A stretch of 21,086 nucleotides of DNA from Pseudomonadota bacterium (lineage in GTDB: Bacteria > Bdellovibrionota_G > JALEGL01 > DATDPG01): assembly GCA_043804515.1 (NCBI GenBank), contig JAZDIZ010000079.1:1-21086 (forward strand). The letters are read 5' to 3'. The notes below the pieces were generated by a model. The model ran no database searches and was not told the DNA's origin. It saw nothing but the letters and a program-made list of their open reading frames with translations. Position numbers and translations under genes: made by a program. Shown piece after piece: positions 8,805 through 17,181 of this stretch. Positions within the stretch are counted from its first letter, which is position 1, and every line of letters starts with the position of its first letter.

Positions 8805-9500
8805 ATGGCTCTTTCCATCGTTTTCCCCGCCTACAACGAGGAACTCAACGTCGAGAATTCGGTCCACCAGGCCCTCGCCTACCTGAAGGACAAGGAGGGG
8901 GAGGTAATCGTCGTCAACGACGGGAGTACCGACCGGACGGCGGAGCTTCTCGAAGGCCTGGTCCGGCGGTTTCCCGGCCGTGTCCGCGCCATTCACCATG
9001 CGCAGAACCGAGGCTACGCCCCCACGCTTCGGGACGGTTTTCTAGCGGCCAAAGGGGACTGGGTCTTCTATACGGACGCCGACAACCAGTTTGTCCTTGG
9101 GGAAATCGACAGGCTGACGGCGCTTTCGGAGGGAGCGGACCTCGTGATCGGATACCGGGCCGACCGGCAGGACCCGGCGTTCCGGAAATTCACGGCCCGC
9201 ATCTATAATTCAATGGTGCATTTCGTCTTCGGTCTGCGGGGCGTGAGGGATATCGACTGCGCATTCAAGCTGTTCCGACGAAGCGTGTTCAATCGGATCC
9301 AGATCGAATCAAGACATTTCCTCATCGATGCCGAAATTTTGATCAAGGCTCAACGGCTCGGGATGGTCATCCGGGAAACGGCGGTGACCCATTTACCCAG
9401 GAAGTCGGGCCGGTCCACCGTGAAACCGAAACACGTTCTCCTCACCCTCATCGGTTTGGCCCGCCTGTACTGGCGGGTGAAGACCCGGCCCCTCACATGA
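8805..9500 (+). CDS. GT2 glycosyltransferase, DPM1-like polyprenol-phosphate glycosyltransferase
   Basis: LSIVFPAYNEE, VVNDGSTDRT, NRGY, YTDADNQF, DIDCAFKLFR, DAEIL; 231 aa from ATG 8805. Confidence 0.9.
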   Translation: MALSIVFPAYNEELNVENSVHQALAYLKDKEGEVIVVNDGSTDRTAELLEGLVRRFPGRVRAIHHAQNRGYAPTLRDGFLAAKGDWVFYTDADNQFVLGEIDRLTALSEGADLVIGYRADRQDPAFRKFTARIYNSMVHFVFGLRGVRDIDCAFKLFRRSVFNRIQIESRHFLIDAEILIKAQRLGMVIRETAVTHLPRKSGRSTVKPKHVLLTLIGLARLYWRVKTRPLT

Positions 9501-10792
9501 ACTTCGCGGTTGTCGGCGGCGGCATCACGGGGCTTTCAATCGCATACCGCCTGGCCCACATGGGAGAGAAGGTGGCGCTGTACGAACGGAGTTCCCGCGT
9601 GGGCGGCCTCGCGGGATCGTTCCGGGTCGGCGAAACCCGGCTGGAGAAATATTTCCATCACATCTTTCTTTCCGACACCGCCGTCCGCGAGCGAATCGCC
9701 AAGGCCAAGCTCGGGAAGGACCTCCTTTGGCGGATCACTCCCATGGGATTTTATGCGGGCGGGAAGATCCATCCGTTCGACGGTCCGTTCGATCTTCTCC
9801 GCTTTCCCGTTCTTTCCCCCTTCGATCGTTTCAGATTGGGCCGGGGAATCTTCAAGGCCGGGCGGTTCAAGGACGGGCTCTCGCTCGACTCCCGGACGGC
9901 CAAGGAATGGGTAGAGCGGGATTGGGGAGGAGCGGTTTACGAACGGTTTTGGGGACCCCTTCTCACATCCAAGTTCGGGGACGCCGCGGATCGGATTTCG
10001 GCGGCATGGCTTTGGGGCAGAATATATGCTCGGGCGAACTCGCGCACGGGCACACGGGAACGTTTGGGGTACCTTCGCGGAAGTTTCGAACGGCTCTTGG
10101 ACGAGATGGAGATTTCCTTTCGGAACCACGGCGGGGAACTCCGCGTTCATCAGGACGTCAAGGAAGTCCGGGAAGGCCCGGGAAAACGCTGGAGAGTTTC
10201 CACGGAGGCTGGAGCGGAAGAGTACGACATCGTGGTCCTTGCGATCCCGTCGCCTCTTATCCTCCTCGCCTGCCCGGGCCTTCCGCCTGACGAGCGGAAA
10301 GCCCACGAGGCCGTCCGTTACGCGGCCATCAACTGCATGCCGATCCTGATGGACCGCCCGCTGAGCCGGATCTACTGGCTGAACGTGGGGGACCGGACGA
10401 TTCCCTTCACGGGCGTGATCGAGCAAACCAATTTTCTGTCCCCGCAGGAATACGGCGGCAACCACGTCGCCTACCTCTTCAACTACCTGCCGCAAGGGCA
10501 TCCCTGGCTGACCGAGCCGAAAGAGAAGGTGTTCGCGATTTACGAAGAAGGGCTCCGGAGGCTTTTCCCGGATTACCGGCGCGACCAGGTGAAACAGATT
10601 CTGATATTCCGCGACCCGTATGCGAACGTGATCTACGAGGCGAATTACAACGCGAAAAAACCGCCGATTGCATCCGCCATCTCCGGCCTTTTCTTCGCCA
10701 ATACGGCACACATTTTCCCGGAAGACCGAAACCTGAACTATTCGATCGAGCTTGCCGAGAAGGTCGTGGGAGAAATCCAGCGTAAGAGCTGA
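9497..10792 (+). CDS. NAD(P)/FAD-dependent oxidoreductase (amine oxidase / protoporphyrinogen oxidase-like fold)
   Basis: VVGGGITG, YERSSRVGGLA, LEKYFHHIF, ISAAWLWGRI, IFPEDRNLN; ATGA overlap with the GT2 gene. Confidence 0.85.
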   Translation: MNFAVVGGGITGLSIAYRLAHMGEKVALYERSSRVGGLAGSFRVGETRLEKYFHHIFLSDTAVRERIAKAKLGKDLLWRITPMGFYAGGKIHPFDGPFDLLRFPVLSPFDRFRLGRGIFKAGRFKDGLSLDSRTAKEWVERDWGGAVYERFWGPLLTSKFGDAADRISAAWLWGRIYARANSRTGTRERLGYLRGSFERLLDEMEISFRNHGGELRVHQDVKEVREGPGKRWRVSTEAGAEEYDIVVLAIPSPLILLACPGLPPDERKAHEAVRYAAINCMPILMDRPLSRIYWLNVGDRTIPFTGVIEQTNFLSPQEYGGNHVAYLFNYLPQGHPWLTEPKEKVFAIYEEGLRRLFPDYRRDQVKQILIFRDPYANVIYEANYNAKKPPIASAISGLFFANTAHIFPEDRNLNYSIELAEKVVGEIQRKS

Positions 10793-10794
10793 GA

Positions 10795-10924
10795 TTAAAT
10801 GGGGACACGTACCAATTAGGGCTTCTTAAATGGGGACACGTACCAATTAGGAATTGCCAGCGAAATTGAGCACATAAATCACTTGAATTCCGTGGAGCTG
10901 CGAAATTCGTACGTGTCCCCAATT
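10795..10924. repeat. REP-like repeat cluster: two direct 26-bp copies and one inverted copy
   Basis: TTAAATGGGGACACGTACCAATTAGG at 10795-10820 and 10826-10851 (identical). Inverted AATTCGTACGTGTCCCCAATT at 10904-10924 (19/21 match to the core). Confidence 0.9.
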
Positions 10925-10946
10925 CTCCGGAAGGAAGGTTTAATCC

Positions 10947-12974
10947 TTAATAGTTATCGGCTCGGTAGATAGCAGTGGTGGCGTCCTGGAACACCGCAGG
11001 CCTGTGTCCTACCAGATCCAGAAAGGCCGGCGAGAACGTCTTGCGTTCCAGAGCCCCGATGATGATCCAACGGACGCCGTACTTCCGGACAAAGTTCCCG
11101 AGTTCCAGGTCCGTCGCAACCTTGTTCAGCGAATCGATGTCTCTCTGCCGCGCGGACGTAAGTTCGTGACCGTTCCGGCGCCACACCCATTCGTGGTTTT
11201 CCCAACCCAGCACGGTGGGCCTTCCGCTGAACGTCGAGAACCGAGCGAAACGTCCATACGCAGGGCCCGCAGCCTCGAGAAGCACGTCCTCGGGAGACGT
11301 ATGCTCCCGGATCCAGGTGACGGCCTCGGCCTCTCCGGGGAAGTAGGTCCCCCAATGTGCGATTCCGTTCAACGTCGGGACGTACGGCCCGCGGTCCAGG
11401 CGAACATTCGTTCCGACAATCGGATAGACGAGGCCGAACGCCGCAAGAACCCCGGCACCGGCGACGAACCACCTCCGGTGGGACCGGAACGCTTCCCGAT
11501 GCCTCCACAAAAATACGGGCGCGGCCACGGCCAAGCCCCACCAGGCCATCGTGTAGAACTTGAAAACGGTGTTCATCCTTCGGAGTTCCGGCCCGTAGAA
11601 GTTGTCCATATGGATGAATTCGCAGATTGCGATGGCACAAAAAGATCCCACCAACAGCAGATCCGCGGGTTCATTCCGATCCAGCTTTCGGGCGTACACG
11701 AACGCGGAAACGAGAAGGGCCAAGAGAGCGAATGCGGCGCCGCCGAAGATCCCCGCCGTCACCACAACCGCGGCGATTCTCCAGACCTTGCCCCGAGGGA
11801 TCCCGGGGGAAACAAGAAACGCAAGGACCAAGAGGGGCACAAGAAAAGGCGCCCAATGAAGAAAGAAAAATCCCAAGGGGCTTCGCAAAGCCGCCGGTAG
11901 GATCCCCACGGCCGAAATCGGCCGTTGGTACGTCAACCAAAACGGGAGAAAGAACAGCATCGATCCTCCGGCCACGGTGGCCAGAAGAAACCACCGGCCC
12001 CAGAGCAACGCTGCCGTCAGAAGCGCGGCGAAAGGAAGTTCCCAGGGGTTGAGCGGATAATGGAGCCCGACGGCCAGCGCCGTGAGCAACGCCATGACGG
12101 CCAGCTGCCACCGGCTCGCGCTTCCCGCTTCGCCCCTCAGGCGCACCGATAACGCGAACGAGAGCGAGAGAAACGGGAGAGCGAGGAAATGAGCGTGATA
12201 ATCCCCGAGCAGGAATGAGAAGAAGGGGAACTCCGTGATCGTGCCCGGCATGGCGCGGGAGCTGTTCCACCAAGAGAAACCGCTTTTCCAAGAGCCCGAG
12301 AGAACCTGCCGGATCCATTCCCAATTCGAAAACGGGATCGTGAGCGCGGCCGCGCAGAGGGAGGTGCCGAAACCGGCTGCGAGAAGCCTCGCAAGAGCGA
12401 ACGCCGACGCCGCAACCAACGCAGCTACGGTGCACACAACCAAATTGAGCGACACCTCCGGAACTGCAAGGCTCAGCCGGGTGATCGGAGCGAACAGGAG
12501 CTGGCCGAAATAGTAATAGTTGAGAAACTCGCCCGAAAGCCATCGGTCCTGCGGGGGGAATCTCGAATCCAGCAACGTGCCTTGAAAAATCGCCATGTCC
12601 GGAAGGCGCTCCGCGACATCCATGGCGGGGGAATAGGCCCGGATCCAAAGCGCTCCGGCCAGGACCAGCCAGAACACCAGCAGTCCCGTCCTTCCCGACT
12701 TGCCGGCGATCTTGGGTTTCGGGAAGGGACGGGAGATGCCGAAGAGAATGCCCGCCGCCGCAAGGAACGTAACCGCCGCGGGAACCCAGCCCTGCGGCAT
12801 CGGAGCCGCCGTCCCCCAGATCCAATAAAGATAGGCCCAAAGGACCAGGACCAAGGACATCCCGATCGGGGTGACGTCGGTGCGCCCGAAGATTCTGTCC
12901 GCTGTCCGGCGGGCGACCCAAGCGATCACCGCAAGCACGACAATCCAGCTTGCGATGGCTCCGGCCCCGGTCAC
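10947..12974 (-). CDS. DUF2298 / Chlor_Arch_YYY family polytopic membrane protein (putative GT-C glycosyltransferase)
   Basis: PPQDRWLSGEFLNYYYFG, SSRAMPGTITEFPFFSFLLGDYHAH, RMNTVFKFY, SGRPTVLGWENHEWVWR; many TM segments; GTGA overlap with the upstream gene. Confidence 0.85.
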   Translation of the reverse strand: MTGAGAIASWIVVLAVIAWVARRTADRIFGRTDVTPIGMSLVLVLWAYLYWIWGTAAPMPQGWVPAAVTFLAAAGILFGISRPFPKPKIAGKSGRTGLLVFWLVLAGALWIRAYSPAMDVAERLPDMAIFQGTLLDSRFPPQDRWLSGEFLNYYYFGQLLFAPITRLSLAVPEVSLNLVVCTVAALVAASAFALARLLAAGFGTSLCAAALTIPFSNWEWIRQVLSGSWKSGFSWWNSSRAMPGTITEFPFFSFLLGDYHAHFLALPFLSLSFALSVRLRGEAGSASRWQLAVMALLTALAVGLHYPLNPWELPFAALLTAALLWGRWFLLATVAGGSMLFFLPFWLTYQRPISAVGILPAALRSPLGFFFLHWAPFLVPLLVLAFLVSPGIPRGKVWRIAAVVVTAGIFGGAAFALLALLVSAFVYARKLDRNEPADLLLVGSFCAIAICEFIHMDNFYGPELRRMNTVFKFYTMAWWGLAVAAPVFLWRHREAFRSHRRWFVAGAGVLAAFGLVYPIVGTNVRLDRGPYVPTLNGIAHWGTYFPGEAEAVTWIREHTSPEDVLLEAAGPAYGRFARFSTFSGRPTVLGWENHEWVWRRNGHELTSARQRDIDSLNKVATDLELGNFVRKYGVRWIIIGALERKTFSPAFLDLVGHRPAVFQDATTAIYRADNY

Positions 12975-14272
12975 GGCAGCGGATTGCCGACGTTTACGAC
13001 ATGGTAATCAGGAGTGGATCGAAGAAGGAAAATGCCCGCCACGCCGCCTCCAACGGCGACACCCACAATCGTCCAGAACCACCAAGTCTCATAAAAAGCA
13101 CGATGTTCTTGAAAGGCCAGCGGCCCCTCGAAGCCGGTTTGGGCCTGCATGGGAAACGGCTCGATTTCGGGTTTGAGCTGCGGAATCACCAGGCCGTCGA
13201 TCGTAACGTCCGCCAAGAGTTTCTTCGACAGATCGTCCGCCGATTTCCGAAGTTTCCCTCGGTCCAGCGGCACCATCTCGATCTTGGAAAACTCCCTGGA
13301 CCTCACGTCAAAGAACTGTGCCGTTACGCCCGTTTTCTCCGCTGAGGGATCCAGGATCTTTCCCAGGACGAGGAAGTTCGAATTCAGGTCGTCCCCTAAT
13401 TTGATCAGGGGATCGGTCGTTGCGGACTGCCCGCGCACGGAAAACGGATACGGGTTCACCAGCGGCCATTCGTCCAGCCGGCCCTCCACCGGATTCGCTC
13501 CCGCCGCGACCGTGAGCGGGCGCGAAAGCCGGCTGAATCCGGTCTTTTCGGCCAGCACGTAATGCGCGCCTGCCGGGACATTCTGGATATCGACGGGGGA
13601 CGGGCCTTGCTCGACTCCGTCAAGATAGATCGTGGTTCCCAACGGCTTGATTCGAACGGAGACCGTTCCCGAGGGTCCCTTGAGGACTTCCTGTGTGAGG
13701 TCTTCGTGGAGCTTCACGATCTTCGGGGGGAACACCGCGGAGGGAAGCTTGTGTCCGACCCGGCCGGGGTCCAGAACGGCCATCTGCCGGATGTACTCTC
13801 TGCCTTCCGCCGCGCCCCCTCGGATCACCAGCGCCATTCCCAGGTACAGGTGAGAGGCCAACAGGAATTTGTTGTTTCGAAGCGCTCCGATGCCTTGGCG
13901 ATACCCTTTCACCGCCGCGGTCAGCGAGGCGATCGCTTCATCGATGTCCAGGTTTTCGTATTGCTTCTTGCCTTTGTCGTAATTCTTTTTCGCCTCGTCC
14001 AGAACCGTGTCCGATTCCTTCTGTTGGCTCGACCACGTGTCGTTAACCTGGGTGCTCACGATGGAATCGGACACGAGCTTGAAGCGGTCCGAATCCTTCA
14101 ACCGATCCCAAAGAATCTGACGGAACTGGTTTTCGAGATCGGTGCCGGATGCTCGGAATCCCACAACCGACGCGATCGGAACGGCCCCCTCCGCTTTCAC
14201 GGGCGTGGCCGTGACGTTCCAAAGGAAAAGGAACGCGGTAAGCGCGGCTACGGCTCGCAGGCGATCGGGCAT
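12971..14272 (-). CDS. PEGA domain / TPR-like exported protein with C-terminal membrane anchor (paralogue 3)
   Basis: Signal peptide MPDRLRAVAALTAFLFLWNVTATPVKA; HLYLGMAL..MAVLDP; PEGA GTVSVRIKPLGTTIYLDGVEQGPSP; FYETWWFW + TM. Start reassigned to ATG 14272. Confidence 0.82.
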   Translation of the reverse strand: MPDRLRAVAALTAFLFLWNVTATPVKAEGAVPIASVVGFRASGTDLENQFRQILWDRLKDSDRFKLVSDSIVSTQVNDTWSSQQKESDTVLDEAKKNYDKGKKQYENLDIDEAIASLTAAVKGYRQGIGALRNNKFLLASHLYLGMALVIRGGAAEGREYIRQMAVLDPGRVGHKLPSAVFPPKIVKLHEDLTQEVLKGPSGTVSVRIKPLGTTIYLDGVEQGPSPVDIQNVPAGAHYVLAEKTGFSRLSRPLTVAAGANPVEGRLDEWPLVNPYPFSVRGQSATTDPLIKLGDDLNSNFLVLGKILDPSAEKTGVTAQFFDVRSREFSKIEMVPLDRGKLRKSADDLSKKLLADVTIDGLVIPQLKPEIEPFPMQAQTGFEGPLAFQEHRAFYETWWFWTIVGVAVGGGVAGIFLLRSTPDYHVVNVGNPLP

Positions 14273-14285
14273 GAAGACGCCGAGT

Positions 14286-14558
14286 TCAGGCCGATGGGGC
14301 GGCGGGAGCGGCAGCCGCTTCCGTTTTCTTGGGAGCCGCGGCCCGCACCAAGCGCTTCCTTGATGTCTTCCACGAATCAAAATGGGCCTGGCAGAAACCG
14401 TGGGCCACCATGGGCTTTCGGCAGTTTTCCGCCTTGCAGATTTTGTAGCGGGGCTTGGGGAGTTCTCCGCGGCGCCATTTTTGATAATGGCGTTCGCAGT
14501 ATTGTTTGGCTCGAATCGGTTGCTTGCACTTCGGCACCCTGCAATGGGCTTGAGTCAT
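14286..14558 (-). CDS. Small basic protein with two C-x4-C-x9-C-x2-H repeats (resembles myxobacterial 'vegetative protein')
   Basis: CRVPKCKQPIRAKQYCERH and CKAENCRKPMVAHGFCQAH, followed by an Ala/Lys/Pro tail; 13 bp upstream of the next gene. Confidence 0.75.
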   Translation of the reverse strand: MTQAHCRVPKCKQPIRAKQYCERHYQKWRRGELPKPRYKICKAENCRKPMVAHGFCQAHFDSWKTSRKRLVRAAAPKKTEAAAAPAAPSA

Positions 14559-14604
14559 AAGTACCTATAATTATGGGGAACCCCGTTCGATAGCAAGTTC
14601 TTTC

Positions 14605-14623
14605 CTGGCACATCTGTTGCCAG
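14605..14623. promoter_or_regulatory. Sigma-54 (-24/-12) type element / inverted repeat
   Basis: Plus strand TGGCAC-ATCTG-TTGC (14606-14620) is an exact consensus match. The reverse strand also gives GG-N10-GC. Confidence 0.55.
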
Positions 14624-14783
14624 AGAATGGGGACGGAGGTCGGTGCATCGAGCGCCCCTGGAATGGCGGATTTCCCGTTATCTCAAAGACTTATCGGTTA
14701 TAATGGGGCGATTTGGCCCAAACGCCGGTGATGAAATTCGGCACAAGTAGAAAAGCGGGGCTTCGGCTCGGGAGCGAAGACGA

Positions 14784-15713
14784 ATGAACGCGATTCTTAA
14801 CCTATTGAATTCAGGAATCTTAATGGAGGTGCTGATCCTCGGCGCAGCCTTTCTGGCCGGTTTCCTCCTCGTGCTTCCGATTTTGCCCGATGAGAAGGCC
14901 ATTGCCGCACGCCGGCGCCTCGGCGTTCAAGAGGATCAGGCAAGGCACAGCAAGAACCTCCTGATCCGATTGAGCCGTTTTCCGGTACAGATGATTCTGC
15001 CGTACGTCTCCCCGCGCATTTCGGAGGAGAGGCGGAAGGCCCTCCATAGGAAATTGATCAGCGCGAACCTGCGCGAAGAGCTTTCCCCGGACGAGTTCGT
15101 CGGCCTCAAATTCATCCTGGCTCTCGTGATACCGATCTTGGTGATTTTCCTGACGGGGGCATCGGGCCGTCCTCTTCCGGTCATTCTCTGGCCCGTGGTC
15201 GTCGTCGGAGGATATTACTTCGCCGACGGGTGGCTTGCGCAGATGATCGCCGCCCGCCGAAAATCGATTGTCCGCGCCCTCCCCTACACGCTGGACCTGC
15301 TCACACTCTCCGTGGAGGCCGGTCTGGATTTCATCGCGGCCATCCAGCGCCTCACGCAGAAGGCCCGGCCCAATGCGCTCCTGACGGAGTTCAGCCATAT
15401 GCTCCGGGAGATCCGGCTGGGCACATCCCGGTCGGACGCGCTTCGAAGCCTCTCCGACCGCTTGCAGATCGAGGAGATTTCCTCGTTCACGACCCTGCTG
15501 ATCCAAGCGGACCAGTTGGGGGCATCGATCGGAAACGTCCTGAGGGCGCAATCGGATCAAATGCGCGCTCGCCGCTTCCAGGCCGCGGAGACAGCGGGCG
15601 CGCGGGCATCGCAACTGATCCTCTTCCCGCTCGTGATATTCATTTTTCCCGCGATCTTCATCATTATTTTAGGCCCCGCAATCCTGAGTTTCTTGAAGAC
15701 CGGACTCTATTGA
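14784..15713 (+). CDS. tadC: TadC-like type II secretion system F-family platform protein
   Basis: RRKSIVRALPYTLDLLTLSVEAGLDF, EIRLGTSRSDAL, LIQADQLGASIGNVLRAQSDQMR, ILFPLVIFIFPAIF; GGAG at 14771-14774. Confidence 0.88.
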   Translation: MNAILNLLNSGILMEVLILGAAFLAGFLLVLPILPDEKAIAARRRLGVQEDQARHSKNLLIRLSRFPVQMILPYVSPRISEERRKALHRKLISANLREELSPDEFVGLKFILALVIPILVIFLTGASGRPLPVILWPVVVVGGYYFADGWLAQMIAARRKSIVRALPYTLDLLTLSVEAGLDFIAAIQRLTQKARPNALLTEFSHMLREIRLGTSRSDALRSLSDRLQIEEISSFTTLLIQADQLGASIGNVLRAQSDQMRARRFQAAETAGARASQLILFPLVIFIFPAIFIIILGPAILSFLKTGLY

Positions 15714-16069
15714 TGCCTCTGAAAGTCACCAACGAAAGACAAGATGTCGTCCTCGCCTCGCACGTGGAGCGGGCCTCGAGATTCTGGGGGCGGTTGCGGG
15801 GGCTCCTGGGACGCGACGCGCTTCCGCCCGGGCACGGGCTTTGGATCGACGCTTGCGGTTCGATTCACACGTTTTTCATGCGTTTTCCGATCGATGCCGT
15901 CTTCCTGGGCGGAAATCACGAGGTGCTTCGCGTGTACCGCGGCCTCAAGCCGTTCCGTTTGACCCGTTACGTGTGCGGAGCCCGGGCGGTCCTCGAGCTC
16001 CCCGCAGGCACGCTGGCGGAGGATCGGGTGCGCGTCGGGGATCGCCTGGCGATCGAGGAATCCGCGTGA
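15713..16069 (+). CDS. DUF192 family protein
   Basis: RLRGLLGR, CGSIHTFFMRFPIDAVFL, AVLELPAG, VGDRL; ATG 15713 overlaps the tadC TGA. Confidence 0.88.
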   Translation: MPLKVTNERQDVVLASHVERASRFWGRLRGLLGRDALPPGHGLWIDACGSIHTFFMRFPIDAVFLGGNHEVLRVYRGLKPFRLTRYVCGARAVLELPAGTLAEDRVRVGDRLAIEESA

Positions 16070-17181
16070 AGGGGCTTCTCCGCATCCTGTCCGGTGAAGG
16101 GGAGAAAGGCGTCGTCGACCTCGAGACGGGGACGTACACGATCGGACGCGACGAGTCGGCCGAGATCAAGATCGATTCCAGGCAGGTGTCCCGGAAGCAC
16201 GCTCAAGTGATCGTCGAGCAGGACCAAGTGAGATTGGTGGACTGCGGCAGCGCCAACGGAACGCTCGTAAACGGCAAGGCGATCACGGCCCTAACGATCC
16301 GGGACGGGGACCGGATCCAGGTGGGCGACGTCGTGTTTGAATACCATTCCAAGCGCGTCCGCTCGAATCCGCCTCCCTCCCAAGGCGAGAAAGACGTTTA
16401 TACGGTCCGCCGCTCTTCGCGTGGAGCGCGTATCGTGCCGCCGCCCGGGAAACAGCGGATGTCGAGCCTTCCCCTCCGGCCGTTGCTCAGCCTCCTGTTC
16501 GCCGTAGGCATGGGAGGTGTCACCCTCCTGGTGGGGATGTCTTTCAGGTCCTCGATCGAGGCCCGCCTCACCCGGGAATCGCTCCATCTGGGATCCGCCC
16601 TGGTCCGTTATCTTGCCGAGAAGAACAAGGAGGAATTGAGGGTCGGCAACGAACTCCTCCTGGATGCCGAGACCGTTCTCAAGGAGCGGGGCGTGCGTGA
16701 GGCGTACATCATCAACAAGAAGGGAAGAGTTCTCGCCCCCTCCGCCAAATTGGGACAGCTGGACAACGATCTCTACACCGGGGAGGCGCTGAACCAGACG
16801 GGGGATCAGGTCCGTCTGCCGAGCCCGCCGTTGGCGGACGGAACCCGGATCTTCGTCCATCCGATCCAAGTCTACAACGACAAGCAAGGCATGTATCAAA
16901 CCGTGGGTGTCGCCAAGATCGTATTCTCCCCCCGGGATGCCGTCGCCGGAGTGTCCGACCTGGACCGAGTGATTCTCGTTGTGACGATGGCGGCGGCGGC
17001 GGTCGGCGCCCTTCTGGCATGGCTTCTGGCGGCTTGGCTCACCCGTCCCCTCGCGCGGCTCGCTGAAAGCATCCACCAACGGAGGTTGGGCCAGCCGGTC
17101 CGGCTCCCGGGAACCCCGTTCCGGGAGTGGGCGCATTTGTTCGATGCGATCGAGCGGATTCTGGAGGAGAAAAACCGGTGA
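16066..17181 (+). CDS. FHA domain membrane protein (FHA-TM-extracytoplasmic domain-TM-HAMP-like stub)
   Basis: TIGR..VSRKHA..SANGTLVNG; two hydrophobic helices; LTRPLARLAESI after TM2; GTGA overlap at 16066. Confidence 0.85.
   Translation: MKGLLRILSGEGEKGVVDLETGTYTIGRDESAEIKIDSRQVSRKHAQVIVEQDQVRLVDCGSANGTLVNGKAITALTIRDGDRIQVGDVVFEYHSKRVRSNPPPSQGEKDVYTVRRSSRGARIVPPPGKQRMSSLPLRPLLSLLFAVGMGGVTLLVGMSFRSSIEARLTRESLHLGSALVRYLAEKNKEELRVGNELLLDAETVLKERGVREAYIINKKGRVLAPSAKLGQLDNDLYTGEALNQTGDQVRLPSPPLADGTRIFVHPIQVYNDKQGMYQTVGVAKIVFSPRDAVAGVSDLDRVILVVTMAAAAVGALLAWLLAAWLTRPLARLAESIHQRRLGQPVRLPGTPFREWAHLFDAIERILEEKNR

Noticed and set aside
9497..10792. hemY/hemG or crtI assignment for the flavoprotein
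   Set aside because: Only the general FAD fold is shared; coupling to a GT2 points to a different function, so no symbol is given.
10795..10851. CRISPR array
   Set aside because: Only two direct copies separated by 5 bp, a third copy inverted, and no cas genes.
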